From Acidobacteriota bacterium (lineage in GTDB: Bacteria > Acidobacteriota > Vicinamibacteria > Vicinamibacterales > UBA2999): a stretch of DNA of 64,000 nucleotides. The notes under the pieces were generated by a model, which did no database searches, had not been told where the DNA came from, and worked only from the letters and a program-made list of their open reading frames with translations. Positions 52,788 to 63,937 of the stretch are shown here, in pieces (position 1 is the first letter of the stretch; each line of letters starts with the position of its first letter). The position numbers were made by a program, and so were the translations under genes. The stretch covers positions 27,509 to 91,508 of the forward strand of contig JBKPDL010000006.1 of the NCBI GenBank assembly GCA_046727855.1, in the 5' to 3' direction.

Positions 52788-53729
52788 TCAGAGTTTTCTC
52801 GGATCGCCGTTCTCCCAAGGCTTCAGCGCAGCGTACAGCGTGCTGATGATCGGCATTGGCAAGCCGCGTGCGGCTGCCCGGCGCACCGCCGCGCCCTGCA
52901 GCGCCTCGACCTCGATGCGCTTGCCCATCTCGAGATCGATCAACAACGACGAGCGCGTTGTCGGAGGAATGTTGTCCATGTAGTCGTTCAGCGACGACCA
53001 TCGCGTCGGCGAAATCTCGACCCCTTCTGCCGCGGCGAGCGCGGCAACCTCGTGAGCCGCCGCGTAGAACATGTCGCGCACATGCGGGTGCTTCCAGATG
53101 GCGCCAATCGGAAGCCGCGCGGCGCCGGTAAAGCCGGAGAACGGCGCGAGGTAGACGAACTTGTCCCAGATCGGCACGCGACCGTCGGCCACCGCGGTTA
53201 CCTGAATGTCGGCCGGCGCCATGACGTCCGCTATCGCGCGCACGCGCGGCGTGATGGCGACGCCGCGCTTGCGGAACACCTCGCCGAAGATGATTGAGCG
53301 GTGCACGCCGGTCTGAACAACTAGTCCCGGTTCCTCGAGCGCCGTTGCCACGTACGTCGTCCCGCCAAGGACGTGATCTTCGCCAACTGCTACCGCCACT
53401 TCGTCGACGCTGTCCACGCCGTTCTGCAGCGTCAGAACCACGGTGTCCGGTCCGACGAGCGGGTTGAGGAGCGGGATCGCAGTGCGGTTGTCGTACGCCT
53501 TGACCGCAAAGATCGCCACATCGACGTGGCCAACCTTCGTCGTGTCTTCTTCCGCGTTGGCCCTGACACTGAAATCGCCGAGCTTGGCGCTGCGAACGCT
53601 CAAGCCGCGCGCGCGAATCGCCGCAAGGTGCGCCCCCCGTGCGATAAAGGTCACGTCCTGACCGCTGTGCGCCAGCTTCGCCCCGAAATAGCCGCCCACG
53701 GCGCCGGACCCGACAATCGCAAATCGCAT
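52788..53729 (-). CDS. panE: 2-dehydropantoate 2-reductase
   Basis: MRFAIVGSGAVGGYFGAKLA Rossmann N-terminus and ApbA/PanE-like length and C-domain (…SSLLIDLEMGKRIEVEAL). Confidence 0.85.
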   Translation of the reverse strand: MRFAIVGSGAVGGYFGAKLAHSGQDVTFIARGAHLAAIRARGLSVRSAKLGDFSVRANAEEDTTKVGHVDVAIFAVKAYDNRTAIPLLNPLVGPDTVVLTLQNGVDSVDEVAVAVGEDHVLGGTTYVATALEEPGLVVQTGVHRSIIFGEVFRKRGVAITPRVRAIADVMAPADIQVTAVADGRVPIWDKFVYLAPFSGFTGAARLPIGAIWKHPHVRDMFYAAAHEVAALAAAEGVEISPTRWSSLNDYMDNIPPTTRSSLLIDLEMGKRIEVEALQGAAVRRAAARGLPMPIISTLYAALKPWENGDPRKL

Positions 53730-53767
53730 GGGACCGTATCTTTTAGCACAGTGCTAAGATCGCCCTC

Positions 53768-54892
53768 GTGGCGGCCCGCCTCGCGGCCTACAGCGTAGCC
53801 ATCATCGTCGGCATCACGTTCATCGCAGGCTTAATCGTTGGTGCCCAACGCGCGGACGATGGTCCCGTCGATGTGATGGTGGTGAACGGACGCGTGTATA
53901 CGGCGGACGGCAAAGGCACCACTGCGGAAGCCGTTGCCATCCAAGGCAACAAGATCCTGCGCGTGGGTACGACACGGGAGATTCAGCGGCTGCGACGCGC
54001 GCAAACAGTTGTGATCGACGCCAAGGGTGGCGCGGTGTTACCCGGCTTCATCGAGACCAACACGCAGCTCCTCGACACAACGCCGGAGTCTGCGAACGAA
54101 CCGTTCATCGGGCCAGTGCTTGCCCACACGCGAGGCGAGGACCTCGCCGCCGTTCGGGCCGCGGCCGTGCAGGCGCATCGACGCGGCATTACCAGCGTGC
54201 AGGATGCCGGCGGTACGCCGCAGGAGCTCGATATCTACGACGAGTTGCGCCGGGACGGCGCGCTTGCGCTGCGCGTCTATGGCGCCCTTTCCGCGACGAC
54301 CGGCATGACGAACGAGCAACTCGACGCGTTCGACGAGCTTCGTGAAAAGTATGCGGATGATCCGCTGTTCAAAGCCGGGGCTGTTCAGATTGTCGTTTCG
54401 AACGAGGAGCCGTCCACGAACTTCACCGCCGCCGGCCTCAATCGCCTCGTGGCCGAGCTGGATCGCCGAGGCTGGCAGATCGTCATTCACGCGCAGGACG
54501 AACACGCGCTTGCGATGGCGTACGACGCCTACCAGCATGCGATCGAGACGAACCCGGCGCCCTCACGAGGGCGGCGACATCGCATCGAGCCAGGCGAAAT
54601 CATCGGGCCAATAGATTTCACGAAGTTCGATGCGCTCGGCATCGTTCGCCCGCTGCCGGTTGAGCCGGAAACGCTGCGGCGCGCGATCGATACGGTGACT
54701 CGCCAGGCGGCCTGGGCCTCGTTCGACGAACAGCGCAAAGGCGTGCTCGCGCACGACATGCTGGCCGACGTGGTCGTGCTCACGAAAGACATCTTCGTGC
54801 AAACGGCGGCCACTCTCGACGATGCGGAAGTGAGCGTCACGATCTTCGACGGCAAGGTCGTTTTTCAGCGATCGACAGACACTGATTACTGA
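53768..54892 (+). CDS. Membrane-anchored amidohydrolase-3 (YtcJ-like) homologue with lost metal ligands and shortened barrel
   Basis: TM anchor VAIIVGITFIAGLIVGA. The family-typical N-terminus (MVVNGRVYTADG..., AVLPGFIE) is followed by TNTQ where HxH is expected. HRIEPGE replaces the RIEH motif. The typical C-terminus is kept (GVLAHDMLADVVVLTKDIF...TIFDGKVVF). Length is only 374 aa. Confidence 0.55.
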   Translation: MAARLAAYSVAIIVGITFIAGLIVGAQRADDGPVDVMVVNGRVYTADGKGTTAEAVAIQGNKILRVGTTREIQRLRRAQTVVIDAKGGAVLPGFIETNTQLLDTTPESANEPFIGPVLAHTRGEDLAAVRAAAVQAHRRGITSVQDAGGTPQELDIYDELRRDGALALRVYGALSATTGMTNEQLDAFDELREKYADDPLFKAGAVQIVVSNEEPSTNFTAAGLNRLVAELDRRGWQIVIHAQDEHALAMAYDAYQHAIETNPAPSRGRRHRIEPGEIIGPIDFTKFDALGIVRPLPVEPETLRRAIDTVTRQAAWASFDEQRKGVLAHDMLADVVVLTKDIFVQTAATLDDAEVSVTIFDGKVVFQRSTDTDY

Positions 54893-54979
54893 CGCCTTCT
54901 GCGCAACGGGCGCGAACTTTCCTCCTCGATTTCGCGTCTCATGCCCTAAGCGCCCGCCTGCTTTTGGAGGAAGGTTCCA

Positions 54980-55987
54980 GTGAGAATTCGTGCATGGCTT
55001 CCGGTGGCGGCTGCTTTCGCTGTTCTTTTCGGCCTGCGAGTGCCTCAGGCCGCGATGAGTCTGTCGAATGGCGCCCCTCCCGCAACTCCAGGCGCTCAGT
55101 CGGACCTCGACGCGTTCATGGAACGCGTGATCGCGCGGCGCGATGAAAACTGGAAAAAACTTCAGCAGTACATCCTCGACGAACGCGAAACCTTCCAGCT
55201 GACAGGACCGGACGGCGGCCGCCTATATGGCTTCGAACGGGAATACACCTGGTTCATCCGTCAGGGGTACTTCGTCAGGAGCCCGCTCAAGGCGGACGGC
55301 GTGCGTGTGAGCGAAGACGATCGCGCCATGGCTGAGCGCCGGTGGGTTGCGCGCGAACGCGCACGCGAGAAGCGCCGCGCGCAGGCGGACGCGAACCGAC
55401 CGGGCGACGCGGGCAGTGCCCCGCCACCCGATGAAAACGCGGCAACCACAGCGGACACGCCGTCAAACGTGGAGGACGTCCTGAAGCAATCGCTCGAACC
55501 GCGATTTGTCTCGGCGGCGTACTTCCTGCGTTTCAAATTCGACCCTGCACATTACGCGCTCGCCGGACGCGAGCGGCTCGCCGATCGAGATGTTCTGCGC
55601 GTCGAGTACTACCCATCGAAACTCTTCAGCGAAGGGCGTACGCGTCCCAACAAGCGCATTCGCGACAAGGACGACGAAATCGAAGAGAAGATGAACAAGG
55701 TGTCGCTGGTCACGCTGTGGATCGATCCGACGCAGCACCAAATCATTCAGTACACCTTCGACAACATGGACTTCGATTTCCTGCCGGGCCGCTCGATCGT
55801 CCGCATCGACGACCTGCGCGCATCGATGCGCATGGCGCAGCCGTTTCCAGACGTCTGGCTGCCGAGCACGATTGCGATGCGGTTCCGCATGACGATGGCG
55901 ATCGGATCGATCGCGGCGCGCTACGACGTGGAATACCACGACTACCGCCTGGCGGAAGTGACGACGAGGATCAAAGGCAATGAGTAG
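54980..55987 (+). CDS. Secreted hypothetical protein (335 aa)
   Basis: GTG 54980 is preceded by GGAGGAAGG. Signal peptide MRIRAWLPVAAAFAVLFGL. Its 3' end overlaps the Omp85 gene start by 8 nt, suggesting a functional pair. Confidence 0.6.
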   Translation: MRIRAWLPVAAAFAVLFGLRVPQAAMSLSNGAPPATPGAQSDLDAFMERVIARRDENWKKLQQYILDERETFQLTGPDGGRLYGFEREYTWFIRQGYFVRSPLKADGVRVSEDDRAMAERRWVARERAREKRRAQADANRPGDAGSAPPPDENAATTADTPSNVEDVLKQSLEPRFVSAAYFLRFKFDPAHYALAGRERLADRDVLRVEYYPSKLFSEGRTRPNKRIRDKDDEIEEKMNKVSLVTLWIDPTQHQIIQYTFDNMDFDFLPGRSIVRIDDLRASMRMAQPFPDVWLPSTIAMRFRMTMAIGSIAARYDVEYHDYRLAEVTTRIKGNE

Positions 55988-57242
55988 GCGCGCCGTCCTG
56001 CTCATTGCCGCCGTGTCATTCGCCGCGGCTCCGCTGAGCGCGCAAACGCCCGCGACCCCGCCGCCCGAAGTCATTGGCGAAGTCCGAGTGCACGGCAATC
56101 ACACGACACCCGATGCCGATGTGCTTGCGCTCGCCGGTCTCACCGTGGGTGCGGCGCTCGCATCAGACACGCTGCAGCAGGCGGAATCACGCTTGCGCGC
56201 GTCAGGACGCTTCAGCAACGTCGAGGTGAGAAAGCGATTTCGATCGCTGAGCGATCCGTCCGACATTCTTCTGATTCTTCTCATCGACGAGCGCACGGGG
56301 ATCAGTGACATTGACTTGACGCCCGGGCCGATGAAGCGCGTGTTCGGCACTGGAATGTGGCTGCCCGTGCTCGACTACGAGGACGGATACGGGTTCACGT
56401 ACGGCGCACGCTTTAGCTTTGTCGACCTGCTCGGTCAACGCAGTCGCATATCGGTGCCGCTGACGTGGGGTGGCGAACGGCGCGCCGCCGTTGAAGTCGA
56501 TCGCACGTTCGAGCGTGGCCCGTTCACTCGCATCGAAGGCGCATTGTCACTCAGCCGGCGCGAGAATCCGCACTATGAGATCGGCGACACGCGGCGTGAT
56601 GTTCGCGTGCGCGCAGAGCGGGCGCTCACGACCTGGCTTCGCGCCGGCGGCAGTGCCGGCGTCGTCAATGTCCGATTTGGCGACATCGATCAGACGCACA
56701 CAACGACGGGCGTGGACGCGATCGTCGACACGCGCCGGGATCCCGCATTCCCGCGCGATGCCGTTCACGCCACGCTCGCATGGAACCACCTGCAGTTTAC
56801 TGGCGGCAGCGGCGTGAACGTCCGCTCAGCCGACTTGCGCGGCTATGTTGGCGTTGTGCGATCGACCGTGCTTGCGCTGCGGTTCACCACCGCGCAGGCA
56901 AATGCGCCGTTGCCGCCGTATGAACAACGCCTGCTGGGCGGAACCTCTCTTCTTCGCGGTTATGGATTCGGTTATCGCGCCGGCGACAACCTCGTGGCCA
57001 TGTCGGCGGAATTTCGCGTGCCGCTCACTTCTCCCCTTCGTATTGGCCGATTTGGTGTCAAGGGCTTCGTCGATTACGGGACGGTTTATCCCTACGGCGC
57101 GAAGCTTTCGGACCAAACCTTCGATCGGGGTATCGGCGGCGGCCTGTTTTTGACGGCAACCGTCGTTCGAATGGGGCTCGATGTAGCGTGGTCGGCGGAG
57201 GGCAAGCCACGCGGCCACTTTGGATTGGGTGTGACGTTCTAG
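55980..57242 (+). CDS. Omp85/BamA-TamA-family outer-membrane protein (one POTRA plus beta-barrel)
   Basis: Signal peptide, POTRA-like IGEVRVHGNHTTPDADVLALAGLTVG and a barrel ending with the C-terminal GLGVTF (terminal Phe). Confidence 0.78.
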   Translation: MSRRAVLLIAAVSFAAAPLSAQTPATPPPEVIGEVRVHGNHTTPDADVLALAGLTVGAALASDTLQQAESRLRASGRFSNVEVRKRFRSLSDPSDILLILLIDERTGISDIDLTPGPMKRVFGTGMWLPVLDYEDGYGFTYGARFSFVDLLGQRSRISVPLTWGGERRAAVEVDRTFERGPFTRIEGALSLSRRENPHYEIGDTRRDVRVRAERALTTWLRAGGSAGVVNVRFGDIDQTHTTTGVDAIVDTRRDPAFPRDAVHATLAWNHLQFTGGSGVNVRSADLRGYVGVVRSTVLALRFTTAQANAPLPPYEQRLLGGTSLLRGYGFGYRAGDNLVAMSAEFRVPLTSPLRIGRFGVKGFVDYGTVYPYGAKLSDQTFDRGIGGGLFLTATVVRMGLDVAWSAEGKPRGHFGLGVTF

Positions 57243-57289
57243 GCGCGGAATTCGATGATCGAGTTACGCGTGGGCGAATAAACCGCGCT

Positions 57290-58126
57290 CTAACGATAAC
57301 GACGAATCGCCTGCGCAACACCGGCTTCGTCGTTCGTTCCCGTCACTTCCAAACCCTCTTTCAGCTGAGGCGCGGCGTTGCCCATCACCACGCCGATGCC
57401 GGCCCATTCCAGCATGTCGCGATCGTTGAGGTTATCGCCGACCGCCAGGACCTGGTCGCGGGCAATACCGAGATGGGCGGCGAGGCGCGCGAGCGTCGTG
57501 CCCTTGGTGGTGTCGGTCGCGCACACGTCAACGAGGGAAAAATCGCGATGCGGATACTCGGTCAGCGAGACCGACAGATGCGCGACCGGCGCCTGGCTGC
57601 GCAGCCTCTCGACCAGCGCCCGCATGGTCGCGACGCTGCCGTTGAAAGCGATCTGGATCGGGTCCTCAATCAGCGCATCCTCGAGCGCCGGCACTTCTTC
57701 AATCAGCTCACGATTCTTTTCTCGAAAGCGAACGCGGTTGGGATGCGTCCAATCGAGCCGGTCGTACACGAGCTGACCGCGGCTTGGCCGGTCGAACTGC
57801 ATCAAGGCGCTGTCACGCCAGGGTTCGGCAACATTCAGCACGTCGCGGGCCGCGGCCACCGGCAGAAGGCGACGAATCAGCGTTTCGCCGCTGCGCATGC
57901 GCGCAATGGCGCCGTTGTAGACGATGAGCACGAGCGGATCGGGCAGGCTTTCGACCGCAGGCAACGCAAAGTGGAAGCTGCGGCCGGTTACGACCGCAAT
58001 GCGAACGCCTCGCGCAGCGGCTTCGGCGATTGCCTCGACATTGTCGGGCAGCACGCGACCCTTGCTGTCGAGAAGGGTGCCGTCGATGTCGACGGCAATG
58101 AGCTTGATGGACGGCTCGTCGTGCAT
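57290..58126 (-). CDS. Cof-type HAD-IIB phosphatase
   Basis: ATG 58126 gives MHDEPSIKLIAVDIDGTLL (motif I DxDGT). VVTGRS (motif II). GDNLNDRDM (motif IV). The start overlaps the upstream stop (TGATG). The track ORF extension to 58627 was not used. Confidence 0.85.
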   Translation of the reverse strand: MHDEPSIKLIAVDIDGTLLDSKGRVLPDNVEAIAEAAARGVRIAVVTGRSFHFALPAVESLPDPLVLIVYNGAIARMRSGETLIRRLLPVAAARDVLNVAEPWRDSALMQFDRPSRGQLVYDRLDWTHPNRVRFREKNRELIEEVPALEDALIEDPIQIAFNGSVATMRALVERLRSQAPVAHLSVSLTEYPHRDFSLVDVCATDTTKGTTLARLAAHLGIARDQVLAVGDNLNDRDMLEWAGIGVVMGNAAPQLKEGLEVTGTNDEAGVAQAIRRYR

Positions 58127-58560
58127 CAGCCTTTGACGCGCTTTACAAAGGCGTCGTAGCCTTCCGCGCTTCGCCCTCTGAAGTAGGTCACAAACTCCGT
58201 GCCCACGGTTTCGAGATGGTGATACAGGTGCGGGTCCTTCAACATTTCGCGCAGCTGCGGCAGGACGTCGCGCAGACGCTCCCACACGAACAACAGCTCG
58301 CGCCCACTCTGAAAAAACAACTCCTTGTCGAGCACGCCGGTCGTGATGAACGACGCCACCATGTCCCAATAGCTCACCACCATGCGATACGACGCGTTTT
58401 CGTCGGTGCCCGGCGCCGCGATTTTCTGGAGCTCGTCCCACGTCTTCACTTTGAAGTTGCCGACGAACCACGCGCGCGCCTTTCGCATGCGTTCTTCGCG
58501 CCGCATTTCGTACAGCCGCAAGATGAGGTTCGCATCGTCGTAGGTTGGACGTGTGGTCAT
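58126..58560 (-). CDS. Hypothetical cytoplasmic protein (144 aa)
   Basis: Coding-like composition and translational coupling to the HAD phosphatase. I cannot recognise a motif. Confidence 0.55.
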   Translation of the reverse strand: MTTRPTYDDANLILRLYEMRREERMRKARAWFVGNFKVKTWDELQKIAAPGTDENASYRMVVSYWDMVASFITTGVLDKELFFQSGRELLFVWERLRDVLPQLREMLKDPHLYHHLETVGTEFVTYFRGRSAEGYDAFVKRVKG

Positions 58561-58595
58561 GGAGGTCTCCGCGCTGGATATAGACTAGAAAAGTT

Positions 58596-61412
58596 ATGAA
58601 CCCGTGGGACCAGTTTACCGGGGTCAATGCCGGCTACGTCTTCGATCTCTACGAGCGCTTCCGGCGGGATCCCCAATCGGTGGACGAGGCGACCCGCGCT
58701 GCCTTTTCCCAATGGTCCCCGGAGATCGAGGCGGAGCCGCGAACCGACGGTGCCGAGGTCCGGACCACGGACATCACGGCGGCGATCGCTACGTTCAACC
58801 TGGCGGAATCGATCCGCCGTTTCGGTCACCTTGCCGCGCGGCTCGATCCGCTCGGCTTGCACGAACCAATCGGCGACCCGTCGCTCCTGCCGCAATCACA
58901 CGGACTGACGCCGGACACCCTCGCGCGGCTACCGGCGTCGATCGTCGCGGGGCCAGTTGCGGCAAACGCGTCGAATGCGCTCGCAGCCATCGAGCGGCTT
59001 CGCGCTAGCTACTGCAGCACCACCGGACACGACTACAACCACGTGTTTGTACCGGAAGAACGAGTGTGGCTGCGCCGGGCAGTGGAAAACCGCCAGTTTC
59101 GTCCGCCAAACGACCCGATCAATTCCACCGAGCTGCTCGCGCGCGTCACCGAAGTCGAGATGTTCGAGCGCTTCTTGCAGCGGACGTTCCCAGGCAAGAC
59201 ACGCTTTTCCCTCGAAGGTCTGGAAATGATGATCCCGGTGCTCGACGAGATCATCAACGACGCGGCGAGTTCCGGCGTGCAGCACGTGATGATCGCCATG
59301 GCGCATCGCGGCAGACTGAACGTGCTCGCGCACATCCTTCAGAAGCCGTACGCACAGATCCTCGCGGAGTTCAAGGATCCAGTCTTCACCCGTTCGTGGC
59401 GCATCGATTTGGGCTGGATGGGCGACGTCAAATACCATGCGGGCGCGCGCTACGAACGCGACGGCAGCCGTCCGCAGACGCTCGTGATTACGATGCCTCC
59501 GAATCCAAGCCATCTCGAAGCCGTCGATCCGGTGGCGCACGGCATGGCGCGCGCGGCAGCCTCATCTCTCGACGCGCCGGGCCGGCCCCGTCTGGACACA
59601 GGCCGCGTGCTCACCATTGTCATTCACGGCGACGCCGCGTTTCCTGGACAAGGCGTTGTTGCGGAAACGTTGAACCTCTCGCGTCTCGAGGGCTATCAAG
59701 TCGGCGGGATGATTCACATCATCGCCAACAACCAGCTTGGGTTCACCGCGGAAGCGAAAGAGTCCTACAGCACGAGCTACGCGAGCGGCCTGGCGCGTGG
59801 CTTCAAGATTCCGATTGTTCACGTGAACGCCGACGATCCAGTCGCGTGCATCGAAGCGGCGCGGCTGTCCTGGGCATATCGCGACAAGTTCAAGCTCGAT
59901 TTCCTCATCGACCTCGTCGGCTATCGTCGTCACGGACACAACGAGGGCGACGAGCCGGCGTTCACGCAGCCTGTGATCTATCAAATCGTTCAAGCGCACC
60001 CGACCGTGCGCGAGCTCTACGCGCGCCAGCTGGTGGAAAGCGGCGAGATCACACAGCAGGCGGCCGACGACATCGTCAAGAGGTTTCAAACCGAGCTCGA
60101 ACGGGCGTACGCAGCGCTGAAGCCGGAGCAGGATTACGCCCCTCCGATTCCGGAAGCGCCGCCAAGCGGCGCGGCGCGGCGGGTGCAAACAGGCGTCGCA
60201 CTCGAGCGTTTGTTGGCGCTCAATCGTGAGCTGCTCAAGGTGCCCGCAGGATTCACCGTGCACCGTAAGCTGGAACGCGCGCGTGAGCGGCGGGGCGCGA
60301 TGCTCCAGCAACCCGACGAGCGCGCGATCGATTGGTCTGCGGCCGAGGAGCTGGCATTCGCATCGATTCTCGAAGACGGCATTCCCATTCGTCTGACCGG
60401 CGAGGATGTCGAACGCGGTACGTTCAGCCAGCGCCACGGCGTGCTGCACGACGCCGTGACCGGCGAAGAATACGTGCCGCTCGAGGTGCTGCCGCAGGCA
60501 CGCGCGTCGTTCGAGATCCACAACAGCGCCTTATCCGAAAACGCAGCGCTCGGATTCGAGTTTGGCTACAACATCCAGGCACGCGACTGTTTCGTGCTGT
60601 GGGAAGCACAGTACGGCGACTTCATCAACGGCGCCCAAGTCGTCCTCGACGAGTTCATCACGACGGGGCGCGCAAAATGGGGACTCCTGCCCTCGCTGGC
60701 AATGTTGCTGCCGCATGGGTACGAAGGACAGGGTCCCGATCACTCGAGCGCACGAGTGGAACGGTTTCTACAGTCGGCGGCCGATCTCAATATGCGGATC
60801 GCCAACTGCACGACGGCGGCGCAGTATTTCCATCTGTTGCGGCGGCAAGCGCTGCTACTGGATACCGATCCGCTGCCGCTCGTCGTTCTCACACCGAAGA
60901 GCCTGCTGCGTCACGCGCTTACGACGTCCACACCGCGCGAGCTCGCAGAGGGACGGTTTCGGTTGGTGATAGACGACGAGGAAGCGAAGCTGCAGCCCCA
61001 GAAGGTCCGTCGCCTCGTGCTGTGTAGTGGAAAGATCTTTGTCGATCTCGTTACCAGCGAGCAGCGAAAGACCGGAGGCGCGAGCGTGGCTCTGGTGCGC
61101 CTCGAGCAGCTGTATCCGTTTCCGTTGGAGGAAATACGGGCGGTGCTCGACGCATATCCGAAGTTGCATGAGGTGTGCTGGGTGCAGGAAGAGCCCGAGA
61201 ACATGGGCGCGTGGGAGTTTATCAGGCCGCTGCTCGAGCAACAGATCGACGGTCGCTGGCCGCTCCGTTACATCGGTCGCGCACGGAATTCGAGCCCGGC
61301 AGAAGGATCCTCCACATGGCATGCGGCCAATCAGCGCGCGATCATCGCTGAAACATTCGAGGAAAAGAGCGACGCGCCGGACGCGCTCCGCGTGCTCTCG
61401 AGACAGGTATAG
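58596..61412 (+). CDS. sucA: 2-oxoglutarate dehydrogenase E1 component
   Basis: A 938-aa protein with the characteristic N-terminus ([12 protein letters not shown]), a ThDP-binding region ([12 protein letters not shown]) and C-terminal [14 protein letters not shown]. Confidence 0.93.
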   Translation: MNPWDQFTGVNAGYVFDLYERFRRDPQSVDEATRAAFSQWSPEIEAEPRTDGAEVRTTDITAAIATFNLAESIRRFGHLAARLDPLGLHEPIGDPSLLPQSHGLTPDTLARLPASIVAGPVAANASNALAAIERLRASYCSTTGHDYNHVFVPEERVWLRRAVENRQFRPPNDPINSTELLARVTEVEMFERFLQRTFPGKTRFSLEGLEMMIPVLDEIINDAASSGVQHVMIAMAHRGRLNVLAHILQKPYAQILAEFKDPVFTRSWRIDLGWMGDVKYHAGARYERDGSRPQTLVITMPPNPSHLEAVDPVAHGMARAAASSLDAPGRPRLDTGRVLTIVIHGDAAFPGQGVVAETLNLSRLEGYQVGGMIHIIANNQLGFTAEAKESYSTSYASGLARGFKIPIVHVNADDPVACIEAARLSWAYRDKFKLDFLIDLVGYRRHGHNEGDEPAFTQPVIYQIVQAHPTVRELYARQLVESGEITQQAADDIVKRFQTELERAYAALKPEQDYAPPIPEAPPSGAARRVQTGVALERLLALNRELLKVPAGFTVHRKLERARERRGAMLQQPDERAIDWSAAEELAFASILEDGIPIRLTGEDVERGTFSQRHGVLHDAVTGEEYVPLEVLPQARASFEIHNSALSENAALGFEFGYNIQARDCFVLWEAQYGDFINGAQVVLDEFITTGRAKWGLLPSLAMLLPHGYEGQGPDHSSARVERFLQSAADLNMRIANCTTAAQYFHLLRRQALLLDTDPLPLVVLTPKSLLRHALTTSTPRELAEGRFRLVIDDEEAKLQPQKVRRLVLCSGKIFVDLVTSEQRKTGGASVALVRLEQLYPFPLEEIRAVLDAYPKLHEVCWVQEEPENMGAWEFIRPLLEQQIDGRWPLRYIGRARNSSPAEGSSTWHAANQRAIIAETFEEKSDAPDALRVLSRQV

Positions 61413-61414
61413 GA

Positions 61415-62650
61415 ATGGCGACGAACATCGTAGTGCCGGAGTTGGGCGAATCGGTTGTCGAAGCGCGCGTGGCGAAGTGGTTGAAGAACGAAGGCGACGC
61501 GGTGGCGAACGGCGAACCGCTGGTCGAGCTCGAAACGGAAAAGATCGATCTGGAAGTCAGCGCCGATCGCGAAGGCGTGCTGGCAACCATCAAGCACAAG
61601 GAGGGTGACGATGTAAGGGTCGGCGAAGTGCTCGCGGTATTAGAAGCGGCGCAAGGCGCGGCCGCCGTGTCCGCCTCCGCCCGCCCGGCAAATGAGGCGA
61701 GCCATGGCGAGACCTTGCCGAAGCGGCCTGAAGGCCGCGAAGGCGGGCCCGTGGCTGACGTGCGCGCCACCCCGACCGCCCGTAACGTGGCCAAGGAACA
61801 GGGTGTCAGTCTGGAAACGATCGCGCCGAGCGGGCCGGCTGGTCGTGTCATGAAGCAGGATGTTTTGAAGGCGCGCGGCACCGAGCCTGCTCCGGCTGCT
61901 CGACCGCTCCAACCACCCGTACCCGACCGCCCGGTCCCATCCGTCAGACCCGCCCGGAGCGAGGAACGCGTCCGCATGAGCAAACGGCGGCAGACCATCG
62001 CCCGCCGTCTCGTCGAGGCGCAGCACAACGCCGCGATGCTCACGACGTTCAACGAGGCGGACATGGCCGCGGTCATGTCACTTCGTGAGCGACGCAAGGA
62101 CGAGTTCCAAAAGCAGCACGGCGTCGGGCTGGGCATCGCGTCGTTCTTCGTTAAAGCGGCGATGGGTGCGCTGAAAGCATTTCCCCAGCTCAACGCCGAA
62201 ATCCAGGCCGACGAGATTGTGCTGAAGCACTACTACGACATCGGGGTAGCCGTTGGCGCCGAAGGCGGACTGGTCGTGCCCGTCATTCGCGATGCCGACG
62301 CCTTGAGCTTCGCCGAAATCGAGCGCGCGATTCGCGACTTTGCGAAACGTGCCACCGAAGGAACCCTGACGCTGGAGGATCTCAAAGGCGGCACCTTCAC
62401 GATCACCAACGGCGGCGTGTTCGGGTCGCTGATGAGCACGCCGATTTTGAATCCGCCGCAAGTCGGTATTCTGGGCTTACACAAGATCGCCGATCGGCCG
62501 GTGGCGGTGAACGGACAGATGGTGATCCGGCCGATGATGTACCTCGCGCTCAGCTACGATCACCGCGTCGTGGATGGCCGCGAGGCGGTGCAGTTTCTCG
62601 TCAAGATCAAGGAGTACGTCGAGGATCCGGCGTGGTTGCTGATTTCGTGA
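61415..62650 (+). CDS. sucB: Dihydrolipoyllysine-residue succinyltransferase (E2o)
   Basis: Lipoyl domain ([12 protein letters not shown]), E3-binding domain ([14 protein letters not shown]) and catalytic SYDHRVVDG. It starts 2 nt after sucA. Confidence 0.92.
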   Translation: MATNIVVPELGESVVEARVAKWLKNEGDAVANGEPLVELETEKIDLEVSADREGVLATIKHKEGDDVRVGEVLAVLEAAQGAAAVSASARPANEASHGETLPKRPEGREGGPVADVRATPTARNVAKEQGVSLETIAPSGPAGRVMKQDVLKARGTEPAPAARPLQPPVPDRPVPSVRPARSEERVRMSKRRQTIARRLVEAQHNAAMLTTFNEADMAAVMSLRERRKDEFQKQHGVGLGIASFFVKAAMGALKAFPQLNAEIQADEIVLKHYYDIGVAVGAEGGLVVPVIRDADALSFAEIERAIRDFAKRATEGTLTLEDLKGGTFTITNGGVFGSLMSTPILNPPQVGILGLHKIADRPVAVNGQMVIRPMMYLALSYDHRVVDGREAVQFLVKIKEYVEDPAWLLIS

Positions 62651-62701
62651 CCGGCCGGCCTGAAGCCGGCCCGCCACAGGTGAGCCGCGTGAAGAGCCAA
62701 C

Positions 62702-63928
62702 CTACCGCGGCAGGTTGTGCTGTACGTATCGGCTTCGCTCTCTCGCAAAGTTGATCATCGCCGCGCGCTTCTCGTTGAACTCGTCCATCGAATACGGCCG
62801 CCGCGGATCGTCGTTCATCGCGTCGGAGATCAAATCGAACTGCCTCCGCATTTCGTTTTCGAGCCAGCCGACATGGGATCCCTCAGCCCGCTCGTCGCTA
62901 ATGCGCGCCGCTTCGTCCAACGTCGCGTAATACAGGTCGCGCAGCTCACCGACTTCCATCGCCTTGCGAAACAGGACGTTCTCGTCGTGCCGCATCGTCA
63001 GGCCGAACTCCGGGCCCCAGAACGCGTTGTCTTCGTCCCACGCGATGAAGACGAACTGGTCGGAATTCTCCTTGCGATAGAAGTAGAAGTTGTTCATCCC
63101 GTCGTAGCCGAGAAAACCGTCGTTCTCACCAAGGAAATTCTGGATCGCGACGTAGCGAACAAACTGCCGCAAATCCAGCTTCGGGTCGAGCTGCTCGAGG
63201 AAGCGATCCGACGGCAAATCGTTGGCCAGCCGGACGATCTCCTCGATGCGCCGATACAGCTGTTGGTCGCTCGAGTTCTCGTGCGTCTTTGCGCTGAAGC
63301 GGTCCTTGTACGGCTGCAGGTCCGACCCGAAATAATTGAACGTCCAGTGATCGATGAAGTTGTATTCGTACAGGTGACCGTCGTTCTGCGTGTCGCCGTT
63401 GATCTCGCCGAAGGCGCGCGTCAGGAAGTCCTTGTTGATCTCCTCGACCACGGCATAAAGGCCCTGATACTCGTTGTCGATGTATAGGCGTGCGTGCGCT
63501 TCCCGCGGCGCGTAGATGTTCATCCTGGTGAACAGCTTCATCGCCGTTGTTTCGCGAATCCCAGACGCGTCCTGCCAGAGGTTGTCGAGCACAAACGCTC
63601 GCATCCCGAGAAAGCGCTGGCCCGTGGCGTAATGGTCTGCATCCACCCGGATGCCGAGCTTGTTTTCGTTGCGCGAGCCAAGGCCGCGGGACCGCACGCC
63701 GACGTTGTGTACGGTCACGTCGTTCCACACCACGTCGGCTGGGTAAAATTCGTTGGTCCGGAAGCCGGCCCTCAGCTTCTCCTTGTCGGCCGTATTCATC
63801 CGCAGATCGAGCCGCTGTACAACCTGATCGTTGAAAAAGTCGGAGGAACTTGGCTGCGCCCGCGCAGCCGAAGGCATGAGCGTCAGCACTGCCACTGCAA
63901 CGACGATTGCCCGATGAAGGCGACCCAT
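62702..63928 (-). CDS. Secreted CotH-family (atypical kinase fold) protein
   Basis: AGGAGG lies 6 nt upstream of the ATG. Signal peptide MGRLHRAIVVAVAVLTLMPSAARA. CotH-like blocks (VRSRGLGSRN, YQGLYAVVEEINKDFL, NNFYFYR, WDEDNAF). Confidence 0.75.
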   Translation of the reverse strand: MGRLHRAIVVAVAVLTLMPSAARAQPSSSDFFNDQVVQRLDLRMNTADKEKLRAGFRTNEFYPADVVWNDVTVHNVGVRSRGLGSRNENKLGIRVDADHYATGQRFLGMRAFVLDNLWQDASGIRETTAMKLFTRMNIYAPREAHARLYIDNEYQGLYAVVEEINKDFLTRAFGEINGDTQNDGHLYEYNFIDHWTFNYFGSDLQPYKDRFSAKTHENSSDQQLYRRIEEIVRLANDLPSDRFLEQLDPKLDLRQFVRYVAIQNFLGENDGFLGYDGMNNFYFYRKENSDQFVFIAWDEDNAFWGPEFGLTMRHDENVLFRKAMEVGELRDLYYATLDEAARISDERAEGSHVGWLENEMRRQFDLISDAMNDDPRRPYSMDEFNEKRAAMINFARERSRYVQHNLPR

Positions 63929-63937
63929 ACTGACCTC

